The position numbers were made by a program, and so were the translations under genes. This document shows positions 16,917 to 28,800 of a DNA stretch of 64,000 bases, one piece after another. The stretch spans positions 288,001 through 352,000 of the forward strand of contig OY782391.1 in the NCBI GenBank assembly GCA_963677745.1, written 5' to 3'. The stretch is from Candidatus Altimarinota bacterium (lineage in GTDB: Bacteria; Patescibacteriota; Gracilibacteria; UBA1369). Every line of letters begins with the position of its first letter. Position 1 is the first letter of the stretch. Under the pieces are notes generated by a model. That model searched no databases. It was not told the origin of the DNA and saw only the letters and a list, made by a program, of their open reading frames with translations.

Positions 16917-19739
16917 TTACGAGGATCTCGTTTTTATGTTTTTTTTCTTTTCTGGAATCGGATACGTAATCATTCTTATGTTTTCTGGTCGGATTGCCCT
17001 TACTTTCTTCTTTACTTCAACCTTCTTGGAAATCTTTGTCCACAATTCAAACAAGTATTCAATTCTTTCCTTATCAGTGCTAAAGTTTTTCCTTCTATAG
17101 CATTTATCTACGGCATTATCTAGATCTCTGTGTGCCTTAACTAAATCGCGAGGCATAGTTAATGGATCATAAAGATATGCCAAACTAACTGATGAATATT
17201 TCACTCTTATTTGCAAAATTTGCTTTACGATACTTTCGACCTCATCGATTTGGTGTTTTGATGGGTTCTCAGGCCAAGGGTAATTATTATAAACAAGTTT
17301 ATTCGAATATCGATAGTCACTTTTCAGTCGTCCACAAACATACCTCACCCAAACCATATGCATTTCTGATGTAAGCACTCCAAAATGGTATAGATTTATC
17401 TTAGGTATTACCAAACAGGTATCACCAGCAATAACCGCTGGGCCTAAAACGCCCATCGGAATATATTTTCTATGTTCCGATGATACCCTCGGAATAAGTA
17501 GATAATTATCAACAGGTTGCCTAATTTCACCAAAAAGATATGGCGTAGAAGCCAATTTTTTTGTTGCAGGTCTTTCACTGTTTAATCTATACGCCCTCAC
17601 CTCCATAATTCGTCTATAAACTTCCGTATTGTCTTTCATTTCTTGTGGATTAGCACCCACAAGCCAAAAACACCATTTCTTTACCTTATTTATAAATTCA
17701 TAACTTCCAACAAAAGGCTTAATAAAACTTTCCGTTGATGGATCACGTTTGAGCAACTCATTTTTTTCCATATCAGATAAAAGTAAATGGCCGCCATCAT
17801 TGGGCATATTACCAAATACTATTTCGGGGACGGGTGAAACCGGCTTGCTTCTTGAAAGGATAACAACATCATCACCTTCAACAAGATAAGGATTGATATT
17901 ATTAACTCTCAATTTACTAGGCAGGCCTTTAATATCTGAATATTCAAACAAATACTTCTTCTTAATATCAAAATTGGCATAACCGATGATCACCACGTGA
18001 ACCGCAGCTTGACCTGGAGCCTCGTTTGACCATGAAAATGTTCGATGAGCAAAATGAATCTTAATTTTGTATGTATTGAACAACTCATTCCATAATATCC
18101 CAACTTGCTCTCCTTGTGTGATTGAATTCGTGGAGACAAAACCTACTTTTATTTTTGTACCTTGTATAAATTCAGCTGCTTTTATATACCAAGCAGTAAC
18201 ATAGTCTAAAACACCCGCACCTTTAACGCCCCTGAAAACATAAGCCATATCCTCTTTTTGCTCTTTACTTTGAAATTGCTTACCAACAAATGGCGGATTA
18301 CCCAAAATGTAACTCAATTCATTTTGCGAAATCACCTCTTTCCAGTCGCACCTTAAGGCATTCCCAACATAAATATTTGCTACCTTTTTTAACGGTATTC
18401 GAATGAAATATTGTCCAAGTTCCTCATAGACCTTCATATTCATCTGATGATCAACTAGCCAAAGAGCTACTTCAGCAATTTTCGCAGGATAATCATCCAA
18501 CTCAATTCCATAGAAAGAATCAACATCCAACTTTATCAACATTTTTATATCTATAAAAGTCGTTTGTCCGGCACGAATCTCACTTTTATATAAAGTTTTT
18601 AAAACTTCAATTTCTAAAAGTCTTAATTCTCGATAGGTAATCACTAGAAAGTTACCGCAACCGCACGCTGGATCAAAAAATTTTAATGAAGCAATCTTCT
18701 GATGGAAATTTTCCAAAGACTTTCTATTATTTTTTATGCGATGGAATTCTTCATATAAATCCTCTAGAAAAAGTGGCTTGATAATTTTTAAAATATTGTT
18801 TTCTGATGTATAGTGCCCACCAATATTACGTCTCCATTCCTTATCCTTAATTGATTGAAATAGCGAACCAAAAATTGCTGGTGAAATATTACTCCAATCA
18901 AAACGACAGCATTTCAGTAGAGAATTACGCATTTTACTATCGAAGGCTGTTATTGAAATGGTTTCTTTAAATAGTGCACCATCAACATATGGAAAAGCTT
19001 TTAAATCATCGTCTAACGTAGTAGGCCGATTATCTTCAGGCGTATTAAGCACCTGGAACAACCCTGCCATACAACCTCCTAAATCACTTCCATCCTCTTT
19101 TGTTTTCAAGCAAATGTAATCCTCAAAAATCCCTTTTTCAAATATTCCTGTATCATCTGCAAATAAACTGAATAGTATTCTTATTAAGAATAAATCTAGA
19201 TCTTTTCCATTGTAGCCTGAACTTAATAAGTCATCGTAAAGCTCGCCCATTAATTTTGCAGCTTTGATATTGGCGGGGTCCTCGGGTTCGATAACAACTC
19301 TTGAATAACCTGCAATAAATCCAAACAACTTAATATTTTCATGTAATTTTGAAACCTCAAATTCATTTACCTCTCCATTTTCCAGGTCAAAAAGGCGAAT
19401 TTTAGCGAAATCAGAAACAGCTATATATCTTGGAAATTCCTCATCTTTTAAATTATGAGTATAACTTAACGCCTGCTCATATGCTTTATCTAAACTTAAA
19501 TCTTTAGATTTAGCCTCCACCATCATTGTTCCTGGCCAAAAAAGGTCGATCCATCCTCTTCTATTATCTAATTTTTTGGCAGGTTCATCGAATGTGGCTA
19601 CACGCCTTCTCGAAACGCCAAAGACATTAAAGAACTCATTCCAAAACGTCTGTGCTTCCGCTCGTTCACGCGATTCATCAGACCAATTTCTAGAAAATTC
19701 TATAGCTCGTTTCTTGATTTCATTCCAGCTTAAAGGCAT
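16917..19739 (-). CDS. MmeI-like Type IIL restriction-modification enzyme (N6-adenine MTase plus endonuclease)
   Basis: Probable start MPLSWNEIKKRA; ERAEAQTFWNEFF, WIDLFWPG..VEAKS, GGHYTS, FFDPACGCGNFL, ILGNPPFVG, GRLKSDYRYS. Confidence 0.9.
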   Translation of the reverse strand: MPLSWNEIKKRAIEFSRNWSDESRERAEAQTFWNEFFNVFGVSRRRVATFDEPAKKLDNRRGWIDLFWPGTMMVEAKSKDLSLDKAYEQALSYTHNLKDEEFPRYIAVSDFAKIRLFDLENGEVNEFEVSKLHENIKLFGFIAGYSRVVIEPEDPANIKAAKLMGELYDDLLSSGYNGKDLDLFLIRILFSLFADDTGIFEKGIFEDYICLKTKEDGSDLGGCMAGLFQVLNTPEDNRPTTLDDDLKAFPYVDGALFKETISITAFDSKMRNSLLKCCRFDWSNISPAIFGSLFQSIKDKEWRRNIGGHYTSENNILKIIKPLFLEDLYEEFHRIKNNRKSLENFHQKIASLKFFDPACGCGNFLVITYRELRLLEIEVLKTLYKSEIRAGQTTFIDIKMLIKLDVDSFYGIELDDYPAKIAEVALWLVDHQMNMKVYEELGQYFIRIPLKKVANIYVGNALRCDWKEVISQNELSYILGNPPFVGKQFQSKEQKEDMAYVFRGVKGAGVLDYVTAWYIKAAEFIQGTKIKVGFVSTNSITQGEQVGILWNELFNTYKIKIHFAHRTFSWSNEAPGQAAVHVVIIGYANFDIKKKYLFEYSDIKGLPSKLRVNNINPYLVEGDDVVILSRSKPVSPVPEIVFGNMPNDGGHLLLSDMEKNELLKRDPSTESFIKPFVGSYEFINKVKKWCFWLVGANPQEMKDNTEVYRRIMEVRAYRLNSERPATKKLASTPYLFGEIRQPVDNYLLIPRVSSEHRKYIPMGVLGPAVIAGDTCLVIPKINLYHFGVLTSEMHMVWVRYVCGRLKSDYRYSNKLVYNNYPWPENPSKHQIDEVESIVKQILQIRVKYSSVSLAYLYDPLTMPRDLVKAHRDLDNAVDKCYRRKNFSTDKERIEYLFELWTKISKKVEVKKKVRAIRPENIRMITYPIPEKKKNIKTRSS

Positions 19740-20136
19740 TTGTTTTTTGTTTTTATATCTACGTATTTTATCATAAAAACCTATTCCTTCATAGGCTACA
19801 AGAGGCATGAATTAAGCAAACATAACAAGTCCTCATCGCAAGACGGGTGTAACTTGGCTACCACTAATCAACCTATTACATAACTGTAAACAGCTAACGC
19901 ATTGATAACGTTTAGTATAAAACACTATATTTTTAGCGAAATCTGTTTTAACAAGGCGAATAACGGCTTAAACGTAATCTCCTTTGAAAAGTAAACAGAG
20001 CTAACAGGAACCCTTTCAAAAAGGCCTTAATTCTACCATCATGTCATATTTGTATGTATATTATTTACTCACTCGTGAAGGTTTTTGCTATAATGTCCAG
20101 TTAGTGTTACAATTAACATGATTAATATATATTGCC

Positions 20137-21960
20137 ATGCTTAAGAAAATTGATTGCCTAAAAGTTATTAGAGACTATAAATCAAAATATGCTTTAGATA
20201 CTACCGATGAAAACATAATTGCCGCCATTCATTTGATGAATACTCACGGAGTGCATGTTGACGCCGCACTTGATCAGAGCTCGCGGAGTAGTAACGATCA
20301 TGGTATAGATGCATGGTTCTACAACGAAATAAGTAATGAATTATATATTTACCAAAGCAAATTAAGTAATAGTAAAACACAGGCGCTCTATGGTTTCGGA
20401 GATCTTGATGCATCGAGACAATGGCTTGAACAAGTTATAATCACGGGAACAACCGAGAAAGCACCAACAGATAATCAGTGTTTATACAACCTATATTTGA
20501 AACTTGGACAATTTAGAAAGAATGTTAAAAAAATCCACTTTATTCTTATTTCTCTTTACAACCAAAATGAAATTGAAGACTCCGTTGAATTTGAAAAATT
20601 AAAAAATGACCTCATAAAATCCGCACTTAATACCTATATAACAAAAACCTTAAAAGGTTCTCTCGTCCTTGATACTTGTGAATACAATCTAGAAAAACGT
20701 CTTCCAGAATCAGTAAAAATATATCCAATAGATAAAATTCCAAATACCGAAATAAATATCAGAGCCAATGCAAACCTAAATCTCGCATATATAAAACTTG
20801 AAAGTCTAATCCAACTTTATAGACAAAGAGGAGATATTCTTTTCGATAAAAATGTCCGTCTATCTTTACTTTCTAATAAAGAAGCACGACAACGTCTTGT
20901 TCACCCGATGGAAGAAACATTTATTGCAATTACAGAAGGGAAATTAAGCCCAAACATTTTCCCCTTCTACCATATAGGCATTACCATTGCAGCTTATAAG
21001 TCAACAAATATAGAAAACAACCTATTACAACTCGAGGCTCCAAGTATAATCAATGGGTGTCAGACAATAATGATTGCACATGAATTCCTTAAAAAACTCG
21101 AATTATATAATAACAAAAAGGCTATTGATCTATTTAAAAAAATAAATGTTATTGCAAAAATAGTTGTAGGAACATCAGATGAAGAATTAAAAGAAATTAC
21201 TAACTCCAACAATCGTCAAAATCCTATTGAAAACTGGCAGCTTTTTTCAAATGAATCAATTCATATTGAGATTGAAACAAGCCTAAAAGATGCAGGAGTT
21301 TTTTATGAACGTCAACAAGGAAAGTTTGATGCTTTAATGAAAAATGCCGACAACGCAAAAGATTATCCATCTACCGGCCGCGCGTGTGTTAAAGTTGTCG
21401 ATCTTGGGCAGTCAATAGCATTAGCACGTTACAATCTTCAATGGGCAGCCAAACCGTCTGAAATATTTCTGAACAAGATTAATCACGATAAAATCTTTGA
21501 CCAAACCATCCCAGACTTTCCAAATGACATTGTATTTGTGTCAAATATATTTAAAGCAATGAAACGCGGGTTATCTACATTTCTCGAAACCCCATCACAG
21601 GCAAACAGCACATCACCATTAATTTTTAGAAAACCTATTGTACGCATGCATATTTTTTATTTGACGCTGTTGTATTTCTATCAAAATAATTGGAAACAAC
21701 AAGCACGTGCCGAATTTCATCAAACATTATTAAAAAAAGCCAACCCAAAATTGGTTGAACAAACTCACACATTTTTTCAAAAATTTATCACAAAAACACG
21801 AAATTGGTATGTAAATGAATCAAAAAACCTAGCAATAGATGTATCAAAACGTAGCCTAGATAAATATTTTGAAGGTTTAGCTATTGAACTTGGCATTGAT
21901 GCAACAAAAGGCACTATTCCTTTTACAGCAAATGCAATTGATTGGAAAAAATATATTTAA
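20137..21960 (+). CDS. AIPR (abortive infection phage resistance) family protein
   Basis: NDHGIDA..YIYQSK, LFDKNVRL.L, FPFYHIGITI, SIINGCQT, ITNSNNRQNPI, FYERQQG. Confidence 0.85.
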   Translation: MLKKIDCLKVIRDYKSKYALDTTDENIIAAIHLMNTHGVHVDAALDQSSRSSNDHGIDAWFYNEISNELYIYQSKLSNSKTQALYGFGDLDASRQWLEQVIITGTTEKAPTDNQCLYNLYLKLGQFRKNVKKIHFILISLYNQNEIEDSVEFEKLKNDLIKSALNTYITKTLKGSLVLDTCEYNLEKRLPESVKIYPIDKIPNTEINIRANANLNLAYIKLESLIQLYRQRGDILFDKNVRLSLLSNKEARQRLVHPMEETFIAITEGKLSPNIFPFYHIGITIAAYKSTNIENNLLQLEAPSIINGCQTIMIAHEFLKKLELYNNKKAIDLFKKINVIAKIVVGTSDEELKEITNSNNRQNPIENWQLFSNESIHIEIETSLKDAGVFYERQQGKFDALMKNADNAKDYPSTGRACVKVVDLGQSIALARYNLQWAAKPSEIFLNKINHDKIFDQTIPDFPNDIVFVSNIFKAMKRGLSTFLETPSQANSTSPLIFRKPIVRMHIFYLTLLYFYQNNWKQQARAEFHQTLLKKANPKLVEQTHTFFQKFITKTRNWYVNESKNLAIDVSKRSLDKYFEGLAIELGIDATKGTIPFTANAIDWKKYI

Positions 21961-21986
21961 AGATCTACAAAAGATAAGATAAATCA

Positions 21987-23540
21987 TTATTTCATCTTCC
22001 CCATCACCCTCACCATCGCCAGCGTGTCCCGCTCGCAATAATTCAGCAGATTCTGCCGCACCCGATCCGCATCCTCCAAGACCTTCCCAAAGTTCAACTG
22101 CAACCACCGGAGACCCGCCATCGTCCCCTCCCGGATGTCCTCCAGATTGTCATAGGAAAGTTCCGGCACCAGCGCGGGCAGCACCGCCTTGATCGAAGTG
22201 CTTCCCCGAAAATCCGGATGCACATATAAAAGATCTTTGAAGATATCCCGCAGGTCATAAATCCGCCCGTTCACCGACTCCAGAAAATCCCGGTACTCCG
22301 GGTACATTTCGGCCATTTCCTGATTGCGCGTCATTTCAAAAGATTTGTACCAGACAATCACCGACCCCTGATCATCGGCGATATCGTGCTGTAGTTGTTT
22401 TAGCAGACCCGGCACGGGATTCTCGCGGCCTTCAGCCAGGTGTTCATAATGTTCCAGCTTGCCTTTTGCGCCCTTTTTCGGCAGCCCACCCTTTTCGACC
22501 GTTTTACCCGCTGCCATCGTTTTACCCGCTGCCCCCGGCTCCCGCCGCACATGCAGCGAATATTGAAAACAAACCTGCTGATACGGGCGGGTAGAGTCCC
22601 ACAACGGAATGGCCGGCCCCACCGTCTCGTAATCCAGAAAGTAGAGCGGATATTGGAGCTTCTTGAGGGCCTTTTTGATCCCCGCGCGGTCAATAATCGG
22701 CTGCTGCGTCTTGGCGGTTAGCACCTGGGCGGCCTGCTCTTTGCCGAGCTCGATGTCATCGGGAATATCCTCGATGCGCCTGATGCCGCGATCCAGCAGT
22801 TCCACCAAGGTACTTTCGCTGATTCTGGTCAGATCATAGATGCTGTTGGTCTCCGGAATGCCCGCCTGCGGCCAGCAATACGGGATAAAAGGGCATTCGT
22901 AGGGGGCGTAGCATTGCTTCACGATGCGCACCTTTATTTCCTCCGGCGCTGCCATCGCCTTGATGGCTTCCGGGATCAGGGGCTCTATTTCTTTTGCGGT
23001 CGCTACCACGTCGTCCGTGATGTCCTCGATGGTCAGCAGCTCCTGCGCGTCAATGTCGCCCTGGCGGACGTATTCGTTGTTCAGGTGCACCAATGCGGTT
23101 TTGCGCACCTTGTACCCGGCCTGCTCGAACGTCAGTTTCTGAAAAGCCAGATCCGGCAAATGCTCCGGTTTGACCTGCGTGGTGGATTTGACCTCATAGA
23201 TGTCGTAGGTGTCGCTGTCCGGGTCATGCGTGACGAAGTCGGCGCGGGCATAGAGCATCACTTTACCGCCCTTCGTCGCCTCGTGCGCACCTGCGAGCCC
23301 CTTATACTGCGCCCTGGCCACCAGCTGAGGCTGCGCCCCCGGCAAAAGTTTCGCCGCATAATCCTCCACTGCAAAACCCTGATCAAAAATCGCCTGCTGC
23401 TGCTCGCTCACTTCTTCCGGCAGCAAATCCCGCCGGTTCTTGTAGAGCCACAGGTACTTCTCGCACTGCAAAAACTTCATAAAATCGGACTTGGAGAGCA
23501 TGGGCGTGAACTTGGCCGTATAGGCGGGCTTGGCAGACAT
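21987..23540 (-). CDS. DUF2779-domain protein (Cas4-like PD-(D/E)XK nuclease plus exonuclease-like domain)
   Basis: LSKSDF..FLQCEKYLWL, ARAD...IYEVKSTT..DLAFQ, CYAPYECPFIPYCW, YPLYFLDYET..FQYSLH, GSTSIKAVLP, YCERDTLAM. Confidence 0.85.
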   Translation of the reverse strand: MSAKPAYTAKFTPMLSKSDFMKFLQCEKYLWLYKNRRDLLPEEVSEQQQAIFDQGFAVEDYAAKLLPGAQPQLVARAQYKGLAGAHEATKGGKVMLYARADFVTHDPDSDTYDIYEVKSTTQVKPEHLPDLAFQKLTFEQAGYKVRKTALVHLNNEYVRQGDIDAQELLTIEDITDDVVATAKEIEPLIPEAIKAMAAPEEIKVRIVKQCYAPYECPFIPYCWPQAGIPETNSIYDLTRISESTLVELLDRGIRRIEDIPDDIELGKEQAAQVLTAKTQQPIIDRAGIKKALKKLQYPLYFLDYETVGPAIPLWDSTRPYQQVCFQYSLHVRREPGAAGKTMAAGKTVEKGGLPKKGAKGKLEHYEHLAEGRENPVPGLLKQLQHDIADDQGSVIVWYKSFEMTRNQEMAEMYPEYRDFLESVNGRIYDLRDIFKDLLYVHPDFRGSTSIKAVLPALVPELSYDNLEDIREGTMAGLRWLQLNFGKVLEDADRVRQNLLNYCERDTLAMVRVMGKMK

Positions 23541-23545
23541 AATAT

Positions 23546-24022
23546 TTAATTATTTTTACGTAATTTTAATTTGGTCAGGATTTGAAGCCCCTCTGCCAAA
23601 AACAGTGTCACCAAAGTCCAGTATTCGTTCATATAAACAAAAATCCAAGGTGCTCTGAAAATGTCGTAACGCACCGGTGCATCAGGACCGCAATCACATC
23701 CAAAATCAATATAATAATCACTTTGTGCGAGCACATTATTATGGACAATTAAAACAACAAATAAAATCAGGATTAATGACGTTAAAATAAAAAATATAAG
23801 TGAAAAACGCCTCTTAAAATACAAGATCGCCGCAGGAATCAAAAAGAGTAGTGAAATTCCCCAGAAAATAAAAAAAATTTTATAATTTGAACTCCAAAAC
23901 AATTCATTGCCATCCCAATACCCCGCAGGTGGCCGAGCAGGACAAGAACAAGCCATCACCACAGGTACAAATAACAGAAATGCGGCAATCAACTGGAACC
24001 AGCATTTTCTAAAAAAATTCAT
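23546..24022 (-). CDS. Hypothetical membrane protein
   Basis: Several hydrophobic helices; CSC and CDC motifs. Confidence 0.6.
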   Translation of the reverse strand: MNFFRKCWFQLIAAFLLFVPVVMACSCPARPPAGYWDGNELFWSSNYKIFFIFWGISLLFLIPAAILYFKRRFSLIFFILTSLILILFVVLIVHNNVLAQSDYYIDFGCDCGPDAPVRYDIFRAPWIFVYMNEYWTLVTLFLAEGLQILTKLKLRKNN

Positions 24023-24191
24023 AAAATTTTTATTTTAACTTTTTCTTCCGCAATATTTTAACATAAATTTCACCTTAGCTTAATCTCAACCATTTATGAT
24101 CGCTTCAGCTGGCCCCTGGGGGTACAGCACAGTCTTTTCCTGTATTATCTTCCGGATTTCAGGTACAGTTAAGAATCCTCTAAACAACCAC

Positions 24192-25715
24192 ATGAAAAAT
24201 CATAAATATTTGTACATTGTTCTGGCGGGACTGATCGTCAGCCAATCTTCATTCACGGCCCTGGCATCCTTCAGCGATGTGCAGAGCGGCAACACCTACG
24301 CGGACGCCATCAATTACGCCGAACAACAGGGCATAGTTGGCGGCTATCCCGACGGCACTTTCAAACCGGCCAACAACATCAACCGGGCTGAATTTACCAA
24401 AATCATCATCGGCGCAGCTTTGGATTATAATTCCGCACAGGATCCTTCCGGTTATGACATTTATGCTCTGGCCGGAGTACACTTCAGCGACGTCCAGGCA
24501 GGCCAGTGGTATATCCCCTATCTCCGCAAGGCCCTGGAAAACCAGGTGATCGGCGGCTATCCCGACGGCACTTTCAAACCCGCCAACAAGATCAACTTTG
24601 CCGAAGCTGCCAAAATTATCGTGGGAGCCTATAAATATGACATAACGGCAGATCCGACCACCTGGTACAAACCCTATGTGGAGAAACTGGCTGAAATGAA
24701 AGCCATACCGGCCTCCGTCACGGGCTTTGATTACCGCATCAACCGCGGAGAAATGGTGGAAATAATTTATCGTCTGCAGCAAAAGATCACCAACAAAGAT
24801 TCCAAAACTTATGCGCAACTGGCCGGCACCTCAGGTGGCACTACGACACCACCCGTCTCCCCGCCCGCCACCACCAACACCAATCCGCCCAAAATCGGCA
24901 GCTGCCAGATCTACCCCTCCGACAATGCCTGGAACCGGGACGTCTCGGCCGATCCTGTGGATCCCAATTCCGCCAATTACATTGCCAGCATCGGAGCATC
25001 CGGACACCTGCACGCCGACTTCGGCGGTAATGGCGAATATGGAATTCCCATCAACATTGTAGGAGCAGGTCAGGCATTGGTACCCATCAACATCACCGAC
25101 TATCCCGAAGAAAGTGATCCGGGACCGTATCCCGTCCCGGCTGACGCTAGAGTGGAAAATGGCGGGGATGCCCATCTGCTGACCTTGGACACCGCCGGCT
25201 GCATTTTATACGAACTGTATGTCGCCGCTAAAAACGGTAGCGGCTGGGACGCCGCCCAGGCCTCCAAATTTGATCTGAAAAGCAATGCCCTCCGCCCCGA
25301 AGGCTGGACTTCCGCCGACGCCGCCGGCCTGCCAATTCTGCCCGGGCTGGCCCGCTATGACGAAGTGGCCGGCGGCGCAGTCAACCACGCCCTGCGCTTC
25401 ACGGTATCCGAATCCCAAAAAGCCTACATTCACCCCGCCACGCATTATGCCAGCAGCAACACCGACTCCAATCGGCCGCCTATGGGGCTGCGTCTGCGAC
25501 TGAAAGCAAATTATGACCTGTCCGGTTTCACCGGCGAATCATTGGTAATTCTGCAGGGATTGAAAAAATACGGCATGATTGTGGCCGATAACGGCTCCAA
25601 CTGGTATATCACCGGTGAAGCCGACACGCGCTGGAACGACGACGATCTGAACCAGCTGAAAACCGTCCCGGGCAGCGCCTTTGAAGTGGTACAATCAGGC
25701 ACATTGATTAAATAG
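24192..25715 (+). CDS. SLH-domain surface protein with conserved C-terminal extracellular domain
   Basis: Signal peptide from ATG 24192; SLH repeats GGYPDGTFKP; C-terminal FP/YP.DNAWN.DVS..PVDPNS, TSADAAGLPILPGL, LKKYGMIVADNG. Confidence 0.85.
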   Translation: MKNHKYLYIVLAGLIVSQSSFTALASFSDVQSGNTYADAINYAEQQGIVGGYPDGTFKPANNINRAEFTKIIIGAALDYNSAQDPSGYDIYALAGVHFSDVQAGQWYIPYLRKALENQVIGGYPDGTFKPANKINFAEAAKIIVGAYKYDITADPTTWYKPYVEKLAEMKAIPASVTGFDYRINRGEMVEIIYRLQQKITNKDSKTYAQLAGTSGGTTTPPVSPPATTNTNPPKIGSCQIYPSDNAWNRDVSADPVDPNSANYIASIGASGHLHADFGGNGEYGIPINIVGAGQALVPINITDYPEESDPGPYPVPADARVENGGDAHLLTLDTAGCILYELYVAAKNGSGWDAAQASKFDLKSNALRPEGWTSADAAGLPILPGLARYDEVAGGAVNHALRFTVSESQKAYIHPATHYASSNTDSNRPPMGLRLRLKANYDLSGFTGESLVILQGLKKYGMIVADNGSNWYITGEADTRWNDDDLNQLKTVPGSAFEVVQSGTLIK

Positions 25716-25817
25716 TCCCGATCAGAAAATCGGCCAACAGCAAAACCCCGGTCAGTCATTAGACGAAACGGGGGTTTTATGGTAAAATAATATAAATAAA
25801 GTAAAAACAAAAATTTC

Positions 25818-28800
25818 ATGATCAATTACCGACTTTTCCGCAAATTTTGGCGCAAAAACCGCTATCTGCTGCTGGCAGCCCTGCCACTGGCAATTGCCGG
25901 TTCTATTCTGCTCCAGTCCGGAGCTCCGATTCAAGCCGACATCCTGGCCGTTACAGAAAATCCCGCACCGGTTTTCCCCACCCTGATTCCGGATCAAGCT
26001 TATGTGCTTCAGGATAACGTCAACTACAAACTTTATTATGCCGGAAATGATTTTGCCTCCATCAATCTGGCCGAATCCTCAGACGGAGTGACCTGGACTC
26101 CTTATGTGGGCAACCCGGTTTTGGCCGAGGGGCCGGGAATACAGGGCGAACACGCCAACGTTCATTTTTACAGCGCCGGCTTCACCGGCGCCAATAGCGG
26201 AACCAATCCCAGCGCCACCACCATGTACTACCGTATGTGGTATCAGGGCGCAGTTTTTAGCATCGCGGGATGGAGATATGCCGAATCCCCGGATGGGATC
26301 ACTTGGAACAACCGCATGGCCGTCACCCAGTCCGGCACGCCGGTCTATAGCGCCGCCACTGGAGCAACCTATGGCATCGCCGACGCGGTCTATACACCTG
26401 GAGGTGAAGGCGGAGACCCGGCCAAAACTTTCCGAATTTATGCCAATGTCCAATGGGAAATTGCCCCTTATGCCGGTAATGAACTGGTGGTAATGGCCTA
26501 TTCGCCAAACGGTTACGTCTGGACCGGTTACGATCCCGGCGCCGCCGGCTACGCCACTCCGGTTTTTGCCGGAACGCTTACCCCCGGCGATTTCGACAGC
26601 GATCACATCGGCTGGTTCAAAGTAATTAAAAACAGCGACACCGACTGGGAAGCTTTTTATTCCGGCGGCGAAGGTACTACTTTTCAAAACTTAAACGGTA
26701 TCGGTTACGCCACTTCCGCTGATGGCATCAGCTGGGCGCGCCGCAAAACGCTTTTCACCACCAACGACCCCGTACTCTGGCGCGCCAAAAGCGTCTGGAT
26801 GCCTTCGGTGGTCAAAACCGGAAGTAATACTTATAAAATCTGGTTTCTGGGATCCGACAATCCCGCCATCGGCGCCTCCGACTGGATTCAATGGAAACTC
26901 GGTGGAGCTGACTTGATCAAAGACATCACCTCTCCAACCGTAACTGTCACCAGTCCCGCCGCTGCCGCTTCCAATATCTCACCCGGCCAGGGCGTCACAG
27001 TAACTTTCAGTGAAGCAATGGATCCCGCAACCATCAACGCCACCACCTTTACCTTATCAAAAGGAGCAGTCCCGGTGGCCGGAACGGTAACCTACGCCGG
27101 ACTGAAAGCAATTTTTATACCTAACGTCACTCTGGATTCCTATTCAACTTATACCGCCACCATCACCACCGGCGCGCAGGATGCTGCCGGAAACGCCCTG
27201 ATCTCCTCCACCACCTGGAACTTCACCACCGGCTGGAATTATCATGACTGGACCGATCAAGGGTTGAATTATACCGCCCCGACAGGCGACGCCTATTATC
27301 CCAGCGTTATTTATGACTCAAACGGATTCGGCACGGCCGCCCCGCAATACAACATGTGGTATTCGGACGGAGCAGGAGCAACTTTTCTGGTAACCTCCAC
27401 CGACGGAACAACCTGGGGAGTGCCCACCACCATGGTCGGACTTTCCAATTCCCACCATGTGCAGGTACTTTATGACGCTAATTGTTTCGGCACACTTCCC
27501 TGTACCGCCCTCACCACCAAATACAAAGTCTGGTTCTGGGATATCGGCGCACCGACCATTTACAGCATTTCCTCCCTGGCCACCGCCGAATCGGCGGACG
27601 GCATCAACTGGACCGGCAAAACCGCCGTCAGCCAGAATCCGGCTGCCAAACTGATTCAGGACCCCGACTCCGGCCTCGGCTGGAATCGCGGCACCTACGG
27701 ACCGGTTAATGTATTTTATCAACCGGCCGGAACTAACTCTGGCACCGAACCCTGGAATTATAAATATGTGATGTACTACAACGGTACGGACGGCAGTTCC
27801 GAAGACACCGGCCTGGCTTATTCCGCCGACGGTCTCACCTGGAACGCCTATACCGTTAATCCGGTTTTGAGCGGCTCCAATATCGGCGGCACCGAAGCCT
27901 GGGATTGCGGCAGCTCGACTTACGGCACCATCTACAAGGACGCTTTGGGATTTCATTTCTTCTATAGCGGCCGGGGACAGGATGACGGGCTGGGAGGTTG
28001 TACTTTCCCGCCCAGTTTTGTCGGAATTGGACTGGCCTCATCCACAGACGGTAAAACCTGGGGCAAAGACCTCACCCCAATTTTCGAAATCAGCGACGGA
28101 ATAGCTTATCGCGCCGGCAGAATCTATACGCCATCCGTGATCAACGATGGATCAGGAGTACTGCGCATGTATTTTTCCGCCAAGGATTCAGTGGGTGGAC
28201 CCAAGACAATCGGCTATGCCACTCTAACTCCCCCTGCCACCTTGCAGGTAATCAAAAATGTGATCAATGATAACGGCGGCACCTCCACGGCCGGCTCGTT
28301 CAATTTACATGTCAAATCCGGTGGAACCGATGTCAGCGAAAGCCCCCAAGCGGGAACCGCTTCACCGGGTACGCAATATGCTTTATCTGCCAGCACTTAC
28401 ACCGTCAGTGAAGATTCCAACAGCAGCTATACAGCAGCCTTCAGCGGCGACTGCGATGCCACCGGCAACGTGACTCTGACAGCCGGACAGAATAAAACCT
28501 GCACCGTCACCAACAATGACATCGCCCCGTCTGGTGGCGGAAGCAGCGGCGGAGGCGGAGGATCGGCCATGTTCGGCCAACCTGCCAGCAGCGGCGGGGT
28601 ACCACTAACTTCCGATCTTCATGGTTCAGCAGTAACCCAAATCTTTCCCGAACCATCCTGCGGCAGAACCGTAAACACAATTGTCCCCTTCACCGACAAC
28701 AATACCGGCTGGTCCCAAGACTACATCGATACACTTTATAGGAATTGCATCGTCGACGGAAAAACCGAAAATCTTTTCCACCCGACCGACAATATCAGTC

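Noticed and set aside
19740-19808. Upstream start of the MmeI-like ORF given by the ORF track
   Set aside because: The family-typical N-terminus MPLSWNEI begins at 19739.
21987-23540. CRISPR cas4 locus
   Set aside because: The Cas4-like motifs belong to a DUF2779 protein; there is no array or other cas gene.
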